From a virus: a stretch of DNA of 39,918 nucleotides. The notes below the pieces were generated by a model, which had not been told where the DNA came from, made no database searches, and saw only the letters and a program-made list of their open reading frames with translations. Shown one piece after another: positions 16,259 through 23,481 of the stretch (positions within the stretch are counted from its first letter, which is position 1; every line of letters begins with the position of its first letter). A program made the translations under genes and the position numbers. Location of the stretch: positions 1 through 39,918 of IMG/VR virus record IMGVR_UViG_3300017991_000034; one strand, written 5' to 3'.

Positions 16259-18454
16259 CTATGCTAATGTAGCTCTTAAATTGATAACCCATAAGTCATT
16301 GGTAATTCTAGGAACTTCCGCAAACTTATATCCGACTGAACAATTAAGAGCAAGAGGTCCATCATATATAGGTGGCCTATAGATAAAGCTTGCGCTATAT
16401 CCATCTTGTTCTATTGATGCATAAGCTTCCATACCAACACAGAAAATGTTATACACATCTTCTCCAAGGTTAGAAGCTGCTGCTGTATAAGATCCAATAG
16501 AGGATACCAAGAAACGTAAGTTTCCAATTGCACCCCATTCAGACCTTAAAGCATTCATAGGAGCTGGATATTGATTCTTTTGAATAAATCCAGCAACTGC
16601 TTCTAAGTTACCTGTCAGTTGAGTAGAACCGAGAGCAAAGTATGCATCACGTACTGGAGCTGTTCCAAACTTATCTTCACCTTCAATGTTATCCATAATT
16701 GTATAAGCATCGTTCGATAATAAAGTTCGTACAACTTCGTCAACATCGGCCCTCGTTATTTCTGTAGGGTTATCACCATTAACACCACTAGTACAGTTAA
16801 TAAACCCAGCTGTTGCTGCAAGCATATCACGTGTAAGTTGATCTTCTGTTTGCCTTTGTTACTCCTCAAAGAGGGGATATGTCATTTCTGCATATCTCAG
16901 GAACTTTCGTCTTCCTGCTCGGACTATCGCATCCCTTTCGGGTCTCTTCGTTTAGTCTCTCACGGTGGCCTACGCCTTCCGCCCTGTCACCATAGTTTTA
17001 ACCTTAGGCTTCCAAGTCCATTAGAAGAGATTTATACTCCGCCAAATTAACGGAGTGATACACCCAAACGCTTAGCTGCTTCATTTAAAACAGGATCTTG
17101 ATTCTGTAAAGTTCGATCTGTTACTTCTTTTGACTACTTTATATTTCAAAAGTAGCGGTGAGTCTTGTTATTCCTCACTCCCTATATTTCTATAGGGACC
17201 CGACTGTCGCTTCACCATTTGGTGTCCACTCGCCTCAGTCTGTCAGCGTGATATTTATTTCATTTTTAATATCTTCGCCCCTGTCACCCTCGACTTTACG
17301 TTAGGGCTTCCAAGTCAATCAGAGCGGATTTAAAGCAGGCAATTGCTTTACAAAATACAAGAAATTTCAAAGAACATTTAACGGCAGTACATATATACGC
17401 CTTTTTTATTTACCTGCTCGTTGATCTGTAAGTAGGTCGTTATTCAGATCAACTAATACGGCACCTACGCTATACCGTAGAAACTTATCTTGGCGTCTAT
17501 GTCAATCGCTGTGAGTGTTTGCGCTGGTGGAGTTACACCACTATTTCCTAGTGGAACCATTGCTGTATTAAGAGCGTTATACCTTCTCATACGAAGAGTT
17601 GTGCCGCCGTTCCTTGGCATAGTTTTCTTCATTGAGGGTATTTTGTGAATCATGTTGGGAGTTGGTACTGACAAAAGCTTTAAACTAAAACTTTGCTGAC
17701 TTTCTGTTACTTCAGGGTTACCTTCTACCCTTACTGACCATTATTAATGGCGGTTGGTCTTGTTATTCCCAACTCTTATAGTTTCCTATAAGATCGGACT
17801 ATCGCTTACGCTCTCGCGTTTTGAGGGCTTAGTCTCTGCGCCTACTTTATTACCATTGAACTCACGCATTTTTACATACATGTCTTCTCGGTAATTTAGC
17901 TCGTCTTTAGATAAACCTCTGTATCCTTGATTTGGTATTTCTTGTAAATGCCTACAAAAATCCAGTAAATGATAAGCTCTTGCTTTTTTTATCTTCAAAT
18001 AAGGAAGAACTTTTTTTAAAAATTCTGCAGTCTTAAATTTATTACGTAAATACCAATGATAAATAGGCTTACTATTAGGTCTATCTTTACGAGCGCCATT
18101 AAGCGTAATATTTCCATATTTTAAAATATCTTTTATAAAAGATACTGCTTCCAATTCTATCATAGCTATTTTAACACTAGGAATATAAGTAAAAGACCAT
18201 TGCTTAACATTTTTAGGAAATTTTAATGCTCGTACTGTAGTCCCATTACTAGTTTTTCTTTTGTGCTTTTCTATCATAAAACATCCATCAGCATCCATTA
18301 TTCCAGCAATATACGCCCAATGCGTTTGGCTCTGGTTATCATGCATTGATTCTAAATCAACGTTTAGACTTTCCAAGTAATCACCTCAAATTTTATACCG
18401 GCTCAACTATTCGTTAACCGGTGCAGGCAGTACCGTTGTTGTAGTTATAGGCAT
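16259..18454 (-). CDS. Major capsid protein (HK97-fold, N4-gp56-like), split gene with four exons: 18454..18417, 17738..17474, 17133..17050, 16852..16259. The spliced CDS is 981 nt (326 aa).
   Basis: SD AAGGAGG precedes the ATG at 18454. The exon peptides are MPITTTTVLPAP(V), SVRVEGNPEVTESQQSFSLKLLSVPTPNMIHKIPSMKKTMPRNGGTTLRMRRYNALNTAMVPLGNSGVTPPAQTLTAIDIDAKISFYG, SKEVTDRTLQNQDPVLNEAAKRLGVSLR and QTEDQLTRDMLAATAGF...RATLA. Joined, they read as one MCP. The ORFs at 17465..17674 and 16259..16825 are fragments of it. Confidence 0.8.
16853..17049 (-). mobile_element. Group I intron 3 in the MCP gene (ORF-less, ~197 nt)
   Basis: On the minus strand, P1 is CUCCGU|UAAUUUG-GCGGAG with a U.G wobble at the 5' splice site. 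P10 pairs UUUG with the exon start CAAA. The core contains ACUUGGAAGCCUAAGG. The P7 halves are GAGAGACUAAACG (plus 16951..16959) and GCGAUAGUCC (plus 16921..16930). The intron ends ...AAAGG|CAAACA. Confidence 0.75.
17134..17473 (-). mobile_element. Group I intron 2 in the MCP gene (ORF-less, ~340 nt)
   Basis: P1 is UACGGU|AUAGCGUAGGU-GCCGUA with a U.G wobble. The core contains ACUUGGAAGCCCUAACG. The P7 halves are ACAGACUGAGG (plus 17233..17244) and GCGACAGUCG (plus 17201..17210). The terminal hairpin CUACUUU...AAAGUAG ends in G just before exon 3. Confidence 0.75.
17739..18416 (-). mobile_element. Group I intron 1 in the MCP gene, carrying a LAGLIDADG homing endonuclease ORF (~678 nt)
   Basis: P1 is ACCGGU|UAACGAAUAGUUGA-GCCGGU with a U.G wobble. 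The core contains ACUUGGAAAGUCUAAACG. The P7 halves are CAGAGACUAAGCC (plus 17826..17838) and GCGAUAGUCC (plus 17796..17805). The 3' domain is homologous to intron 2. The 3' splice site among the adjacent Gs (17739/17738) was chosen to keep the reading frame. Confidence 0.7.
17786..18376 (-). CDS. Intron-encoded LAGLIDADG homing endonuclease (196 aa, TTG start)
   Basis: YIAGIMDADGCFMI is a LAGLIDADG motif. The TTG start is preceded by GAGGTGA-N4. The ORF begins inside the conserved ACUUGGAA core element, and its 3' end overlaps the P7 region. Confidence 0.8.
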   Translation of the reverse strand: MESLNVDLESMHDNQSQTHWAYIAGIMDADGCFMIEKHKRKTSNGTTVRALKFPKNVKQWSFTYIPSVKIAMIELEAVSFIKDILKYGNITLNGARKDRPNSKPIYHWYLRNKFKTAEFLKKVLPYLKIKKARAYHLLDFCRHLQEIPNQGYRGLSKDELNYREDMYVKMREFNGNKVGAETKPSKRESVSDSPIL

Positions 18455-18494
18455 TTTAAGCCTCCTTAATAATATATTAGATAAATACTATTAA

Positions 18495-18576
18495 GATGAC
18501 GAGTCTTCCATACGTCGTTGGATTGACGAGATCCTATACGTCTTTAAAAGAACGGATTAGCGAGATCCAATACGCT
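18495..18576 (-). repeat. Three tandem ~22-nt hairpin-forming direct repeats in the predicted MCP 5' leader
   Basis: On the plus strand: gatGACGagtcttccataCGTC (18495..18516), gattGACGagatcctataCGTC (18521..18542), gattAGCGagatccaataCGCT (18555..18576). Copy 3 keeps the stem through compensatory changes. Confidence 0.8.
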
Positions 18577-18582
18577 ATAACT

Positions 18583-18611
18583 ATTTAAGCATTTTAAGAT
18601 TCAGTTTTCAA
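18583..18611 (-). promoter_or_regulatory. Sigma70-like promoter upstream of the MCP gene
   Basis: On the minus strand TTGAAA-N17-TTAAAT, placing the start of transcription at about 18576, just upstream of the hairpin repeats. Confidence 0.4.
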
Positions 18612-18618
18612 TAAATAA

Positions 18619-19104
18619 CTATCTAGCGTCCATCTTTTTTTTAACATAAAGAGCAAGAATAAATGGAATTCCGTTAGTTACGGCTACGCCTATAGTTCTG
18701 AAGAAACCTAATGAAATTACACCCCATGGAGATTGTTTAAAAGTTTCTACTGCGGCATCATTCTTGCCTAATTCAATTTGATGTTCATAAAATTTTCTAG
18801 CAGTAGCAGCTTCTCTGACTATCTTTGTAGCTGCACTCTTAAAGAGATTTATTTTCTTATACTTACAATACATATAGATAAGAGGAGATATAATTATTCC
18901 GACTTTAATTAATCCTTTAGGAGAAAGAATATAATTTAAAGTAGCATCTATTGCTTGAAATCCCTTCTTTATACATGCAATGGCTTTTGCTTTAAAAGTT
19001 GCTGAAGAAACTTCTGTATCATTAGTATCATTATCATCGTTATTAGCAACACAAGTGCTACCAATTAAAACTATAAAGCTAAAAAGGAATATCTTCTTAT
19101 TCAT
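18619..19104 (-). CDS. Membrane / secreted protein (161 aa from the ATG at 19104) inserted between the scaffold and MCP genes
   Basis: The signal-like N-terminus is MNKKIFLFSFIVLIGSTCVA, followed by an Asn/Asp-rich stretch and further hydrophobic segments (GIIISPLIYMY; GIPFILALYV). Confidence 0.55.
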   Translation of the reverse strand: MNKKIFLFSFIVLIGSTCVANNDDNDTNDTEVSSATFKAKAIACIKKGFQAIDATLNYILSPKGLIKVGIIISPLIYMYCKYKKINLFKSAATKIVREAATARKFYEHQIELGKNDAAVETFKQSPWGVISLGFFRTIGVAVTNGIPFILALYVKKKMDAR

Positions 19105-19180
19105 AATGAACCCCGACCTTAATATATTTAACATATTTGACCCTATTTATATACTATATCAAATATATTAAAAAGTAAAG

Positions 19181-19210
19181 ATGGCCATGCATATTTCTAC
19201 ACATGACCAT
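19181..19210 (-). terminator. Intrinsic terminator after the scaffold gene
   Basis: A 9-bp stem (AUGGUCAUG / CAUGGCCAU, one G.U) is followed on the minus strand by CUUUACUUUUUAAUAU. Confidence 0.5.
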
Positions 19211-19235
19211 AACGTAGAGAAAAAAGAAGTTGAGT

Positions 19236-19964
19236 TTAAAATTTCTTACTTGATTCGTTCATTTCTCTCCAGAGTTCTCTTTTGAGTTCTGAAGTTAATC
19301 CATTAGCAAAAGCATTAGCTCTTGTTAGGGGTGATTCTGCTTGCTGTGGAGATACTGAGGCAACTGATTTTGGTTTCATTGCATTTTTTTGTGCTAAATT
19401 TCTGTCTTCCTGGAAATTATCTTCTACATAGATGCCTAGTTTTTTTATCATCTTATAGGCTGATACGGCTTTGCTATAGATATCTGATGTAGAAGAAATA
19501 GCCTGAGCTATTTCGGGTTCAGTTTCTCTTAGTTTTCTTATGTTTTCTTCACTTACTACCTTATCAAAATCTGTATATTGAGTTTTTAGTTTTGTTTCGG
19601 TAGTAGTTAGTTTAACTTGATTTTCGTAATTCTTTAAAGTTTCTTCTTGTTTTTTGAGTTGTTTTTGTAGTTTTCTGTAATGTTTTCCCTCAAAGAGATC
19701 ATCATCTCCAATATTTATTTCTAGATCTTCGTCTTCTGGTTGTTTAGTTTCGTATTTCTTTAACTTTTCTAAAGCTTCTTTGTGAGCTTTCTCTAGTTGT
19801 TCTTGTTTTTCACGAAGAGCTCTAAAGTTAGACTCTTTAGAGTTATCTTTAACTTCTTGCTCTACGACTTCTTCTGTTTTTTGCTGAACTGCTTCCTCTG
19901 GTGCAGCTTGTTCAATTAATTCTTCCTCTGGAAGAGGTGGCATTGCTATTTCTTTATTTTCCAT
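19236..19964 (-). CDS. Scaffolding protein (242 aa), Glu/Lys/Gln-rich coiled coil
   Basis: ORF track, with SD AAGGA. The call rests on composition and on position between portal and MCP. Confidence 0.55.
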   Translation of the reverse strand: MENKEIAMPPLPEEELIEQAAPEEAVQQKTEEVVEQEVKDNSKESNFRALREKQEQLEKAHKEALEKLKKYETKQPEDEDLEINIGDDDLFEGKHYRKLQKQLKKQEETLKNYENQVKLTTTETKLKTQYTDFDKVVSEENIRKLRETEPEIAQAISSTSDIYSKAVSAYKMIKKLGIYVEDNFQEDRNLAQKNAMKPKSVASVSPQQAESPLTRANAFANGLTSELKRELWREMNESSKKF

Positions 19965-20451
19965 GTTTATCCTTAAGTTCTGGAGTTTTTTCTTTCTCTC
20001 CGTTTAATTCTTTAGCTAACTTAAAAAGGGTTCCGTCTGCAAATTTTAAAACGAACCTTAAAACTCCCCATAAATGCGGTTCTACCAATTGCTGTTGAGC
20101 TATCATATCTTTTGCTACTTGCCTATCTGGAATAACCCATAAAAAGTCTAATTTATCACTTTTTCTGTGATATTTATATAATACCTGATCATAATTTGGT
20201 GTAGGACACGATTTACGTCCATAAAAGTAATTTCGTATTACATTTGGCATTAACTTTTCTTTTTTAGTAGCTACAACTATGAAAAAATCTCCGTTAAAAT
20301 CTTTTTTACTTCTTTCTATGCACTCGTAAATATTTTTTTCATAGTCTGTTAATTGCTCATCAGTTTGTTCTTTAGCAGAGTGTGTAATTTTTTTATCTTT
20401 AAGAATAAGGTCTCTGGATGTTTTCCCTACATTTTCTCTCTTATTTGACAT
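19954..20451 (-). CDS. Hypothetical protein (165 aa)
   Basis: ORF track, with SD AAAGGTAG. No motif was recognised. Confidence 0.5.
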   Translation of the reverse strand: MSNKRENVGKTSRDLILKDKKITHSAKEQTDEQLTDYEKNIYECIERSKKDFNGDFFIVVATKKEKLMPNVIRNYFYGRKSCPTPNYDQVLYKYHRKSDKLDFLWVIPDRQVAKDMIAQQQLVEPHLWGVLRFVLKFADGTLFKLAKELNGEKEKTPELKDKHGK

Positions 20452-20493
20452 CTACTACCTTTACTTTGTTGAATAATTTTCTTTTTACGATAA

Positions 20494-20514
20494 GCGCCGA
20501 GAATTTCCCGGCGC
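20494..20514. repeat. GC-rich hairpin GCGCCG-N9-CGGCGC between genes
   Basis: Read directly. There is no adjacent U-tract. Confidence 0.8.
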
Positions 20515-20542
20515 CCAAAGAAGAACCAAGAGTAGCAGACAA

Positions 20543-20677
20543 TTAATCAATCTTATTTGTCTTTTTTTTCCTCAAAGGCTTTTCGACTGTTTTATTTTTT
20601 TTAAGATTAGCTGGTGTACCTAAAATATTAAAAACAATCTTAGAGGCCTTTTTATTTTGTCTTGGCATTAAAGGCAT
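20543..20677 (-). CDS. Very basic micro-protein (44 aa: MPLMPRQNKKASKIVFNILGTPANLKKNKTVEKPLRKKKTNKID)
   Basis: The ATG lies 1 nt after the stop of the upstream gene. It is not in the ORF track. It may be a DNA-binding or internal head protein. Confidence 0.3.
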   Translation of the reverse strand: MPLMPRQNKKASKIVFNILGTPANLKKNKTVEKPLRKKKTNKID

Positions 20678-20678
20678 G

Positions 20679-20897
20679 TTAATACTTTTCTGGTTGTAAA
20701 TTAGAGTTCTTCTTGCTGTTATCTTTTTTGATTTGATTATCTATTCCGCTCATACCATCATTTAAGTTTTCTTTTAAGAATCCATCATTTTTTGGATATT
20801 CTTTAAATACAACTTCTTTTGGCATGTTAGCAAAACCAGAATTGGTAGAACTAATCATTTCACTACCAGATACACTATCGTAATATCTCTTTGCCAT
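20679..20897 (-). CDS. Hypothetical protein (72 aa from the ATG at 20897)
   Basis: ORF track gives 20679..20912. The second ATG (MAKRYYDS) has AAAGGGAAAG upstream. Confidence 0.45.
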   Translation of the reverse strand: MAKRYYDSVSGSEMISSTNSGFANMPKEVVFKEYPKNDGFLKENLNDGMSGIDNQIKKDNSKKNSNLQPEKY

Positions 20898-20956
20898 GTC
20901 TTTCCCTTTCATGGAAACTGCTTACCTTTAAGGTAGCAAGGTTATACCTCTAACCA

Positions 20957-20975
20957 TTTCAACACTGTGTTGAAA
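20957..20975. repeat. Perfect 19-bp palindrome TTTCAACAC-T-GTGTTGAAA immediately after the portal stop
   Basis: Read directly. Confidence 0.85.
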
Positions 20976-23018
20976 CTACTCGACAGCCTGAATCTCACTT
21001 TGTTCAGGTGTATTTTGTTTAGTTACGTTTTCGTTGTCTATTTCGGTTTGCTTTGTTTGTACTTCTTTTGACAGTCTTATCATCTGTTCTAGCTGTGTTA
21101 TGTCAACCGTTTCTATCTCCTGCATAGCCTTAACAAGATTAAGAAGGCTTGCGGTTCTATCTTTAGCGGCTTCTGCCTTTCTTTCTACGGCTAGCGCTTG
21201 ATTTTCTTTTATTCGGCTAACTCTTTCAAGTCCAAGACCTTCATCTGCTTGAGCTCTTGCGTTAGCTAAATTAGTACGTGCTTGTTGTTCTTGCATTGCT
21301 GCTTGCATTTGCATCTCTTGTGCTTGTTGGGCTGCTTGTTGAGAGGCGGTAATAGAATCAGTTAGCTCTTTTTTATTTTGTAATGTTGCAGCTTCGATTA
21401 ATACGTCATCAGGGATAGGAACACCTATTTCTTTTAATTGCACTAATTGTGCAAATTGCATCTGTCTTTGAGTTGTAGTATTTAATCCATCCTCAACTGC
21501 TGCGTCATATTTTCCGAAAGCTTTATGATAAAATTGAGGAGAAGGCTCTTCTTCTATAATTCTTTTTACTTTTCCAGGGGTGAAATTGTTTTGAACTATA
21601 TTTAATATTATTTTACCAAGAAGCTTTTGAGATCTATCAAGGTTATCAAATAAACCTTCAAGAGTAACAAGTCCGGCACTCTGCCTTAACATGGACAAAA
21701 TGCCAGCCTTATCATCAATCGCAGACCCTAACAACTCTTCATTAACTCCAGATATTTCTTGTATTTCTCTACCTAAAAGTTCGGATAATTGCATCATTGA
21801 AGGCGGAACTTGAGGAGCCAAAATTTGCTCAACATCAGTCATTTGAGCGTCTTCTTTAAGAGCTAAGCCTCTGCCTTGACCATTAAGAAAGACATCTTTT
21901 GGATTAACCAACGCATTTTCTTTGTATTTCCATCCAGAGTTAATCTGACTCTCTAAAATATCTAGTTCAATTACTTTTCTTCTATTATATAGATATTGAG
22001 CATCTCTTAAGCCTCTAACCACGCCTTGTAATCGCTTGTCATAATTAGTCATCTGAGGATTAAAATATCCTAAAATAGGAACAAAGGGATACTGGTCAAC
22101 TCCTATTGGATTAGGCCCATCATACATTACTCTGTTTTGAACAACTATAGCAACTCTAGTGGTTGGGATTTCTTGATCTATAAGAGTAACCTGAGGATAC
22201 ATGTTTAAAAACTGGCGTAAGGCTTCTTGGTCTTCAGATTTCCATTCTAATGTTTCACCTGTCTGTGTATCCACTAACATTTTTTGAGTACGATAATCTT
22301 TATAATAGTATTCGTCATAAGTAAGTAATCCTTTAGCTCCTAAATTTTGAGCTTCAGGTAAAAATTCAAACTTACCATCTCCGTTATCTTTAGCCGAAAA
22401 GGATAAAATTTCTTTCTCTCTTTCAGGAAGTAACGACACGGCTTCCCTTTTAGTTAAAAAAGAACGCTTCCATATAGCATTACAATCAGATAGGTCCATT
22501 TTTTTAAAATAGGGATCTATTAAAAAGCTATTGTAACTGCAATTATCAACTTTAATGTCACCAGACACGGGGTCTGATCTATAATCAACCCACACTTGAA
22601 GTAGATTCATACCGGTTACAATAGCGCCGTGAAAGCCTTCTGAAATAGTATTTAAAACACCTTCTTGATTATTAAGCCAATACATTATTTTAGAAAATTG
22701 ATTGGCTGTATCTTCATCTGCATTTTCAACAGGGGAAACTACAGTAGATTTTCTATTTTTTCTCTGCTGACCGCTAATCATATTAACTATTCGACGAATT
22801 CTATTGAAATTAAATTGTCTTTTTTGAGCTAGTGGCAATCCTGGATATAGCTCATTCCATAAAGTTTGATCGCCAGATTCAAATCTAGTATCTATATCTG
22901 CTTCAGCCCAGAAAGACTGATTTATAGTAATACTATCAGCATAAAACTGGTTCATTCTTTCTATAATATATTTATTATCTTCAGTATAATACTGGGAATC
23001 CGCCTGAAAAAAAGCCAT
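20976..23018 (-). CDS. Portal protein (680 aa)
   Basis: Supported by its size and by its position between TerL and scaffold/MCP. The N-terminal region QSFWAEADIDTRFESGDQTLW and ...NRKSTVVSPVENADEDTANQFSKIMYWL resembles podovirus (P22-class) portals. The C-terminus has a long Gln/Ala-rich helix. Confidence 0.7.
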   Translation of the reverse strand: MAFFQADSQYYTEDNKYIIERMNQFYADSITINQSFWAEADIDTRFESGDQTLWNELYPGLPLAQKRQFNFNRIRRIVNMISGQQRKNRKSTVVSPVENADEDTANQFSKIMYWLNNQEGVLNTISEGFHGAIVTGMNLLQVWVDYRSDPVSGDIKVDNCSYNSFLIDPYFKKMDLSDCNAIWKRSFLTKREAVSLLPEREKEILSFSAKDNGDGKFEFLPEAQNLGAKGLLTYDEYYYKDYRTQKMLVDTQTGETLEWKSEDQEALRQFLNMYPQVTLIDQEIPTTRVAIVVQNRVMYDGPNPIGVDQYPFVPILGYFNPQMTNYDKRLQGVVRGLRDAQYLYNRRKVIELDILESQINSGWKYKENALVNPKDVFLNGQGRGLALKEDAQMTDVEQILAPQVPPSMMQLSELLGREIQEISGVNEELLGSAIDDKAGILSMLRQSAGLVTLEGLFDNLDRSQKLLGKIILNIVQNNFTPGKVKRIIEEEPSPQFYHKAFGKYDAAVEDGLNTTTQRQMQFAQLVQLKEIGVPIPDDVLIEAATLQNKKELTDSITASQQAAQQAQEMQMQAAMQEQQARTNLANARAQADEGLGLERVSRIKENQALAVERKAEAAKDRTASLLNLVKAMQEIETVDITQLEQMIRLSKEVQTKQTEIDNENVTKQNTPEQSEIQAVE

Positions 23019-23053
23019 AATTATACCCTCAATTCCACTTTTTTAAAAAGCCA

Positions 23054-23353
23054 TTAGACCATGCATTGTTTATCGACAGCTTCTTTAGGTGTATAAACCA
23101 TATCCATGTCTTTAATATTCATATTAACTATCTCTTCATTATCAAGTTCTTCATCGGTGTACTCTAAAAAATCCTCGTAGATTTCTTCATCGTTATTTTC
23201 TAAAGAATCATCGGACCAATAGTACTCAACTTTTATGTATTTTTTTTCTTCTGCTTTTTTAAAGCAAGTAAATTCACTTCTAAACTTAAAAAAAAGAAGA
23301 AGAAAAAACGTAATAACCATTAAAGCATAAAAAAATACAAATCTTTTTATCAT
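23054..23353 (-). CDS. Type II membrane protein (99 aa): N-terminal TM plus a highly acidic C-terminal domain
   Basis: ORF track, with SD TAGGA. The TM segment is FVFFYALMVITFFLLLFF. The tail is Asp/Glu-rich. Confidence 0.55.
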   Translation of the reverse strand: MIKRFVFFYALMVITFFLLLFFKFRSEFTCFKKAEEKKYIKVEYYWSDDSLENNDEEIYEDFLEYTDEELDNEEIVNMNIKDMDMVYTPKEAVDKQCMV

Positions 23354-23440
23354 ATAAATCCTATTAAATGATTAAATTCATAAACCAGTTTAAGTATCAT
23401 AAGCTACTATATCAAGAATAATATTATTTTATGCTTCATT

Positions 23441-23472
23441 GCGGGAGACGTCACAGATATTACGTCTCCCGC
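23441..23472. repeat. Perfect 11-bp inverted repeat GCGGGAGACGT-N10-ACGTCTCCCGC (GC-rich hairpin) after the peptidase gene
   Basis: Read directly. There is no U-tract on either strand. Confidence 0.85.
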
Positions 23473-23481
23473 TGCGATAAG

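Noticed and set aside
16838-17050. 70-aa plus-strand ORF
   Set aside because: It is antisense to group I intron 3. The region is explained by the ribozyme core elements.
17465-17674. 69-aa ORF as an independent gene
   Set aside because: It is part of MCP exon 2. Its TTG start is an artefact, and its stop (TAG at 17465..17467) lies just inside intron 2, beyond the predicted 5' splice site.
18495-18576. Possible CRISPR array or iterons
   Set aside because: There are only three imperfect copies with variable short spacing and no cas genes, so this is not a CRISPR array. An iteron-type origin cannot be fully excluded, but the location in the MCP leader argues for an expression-control role.
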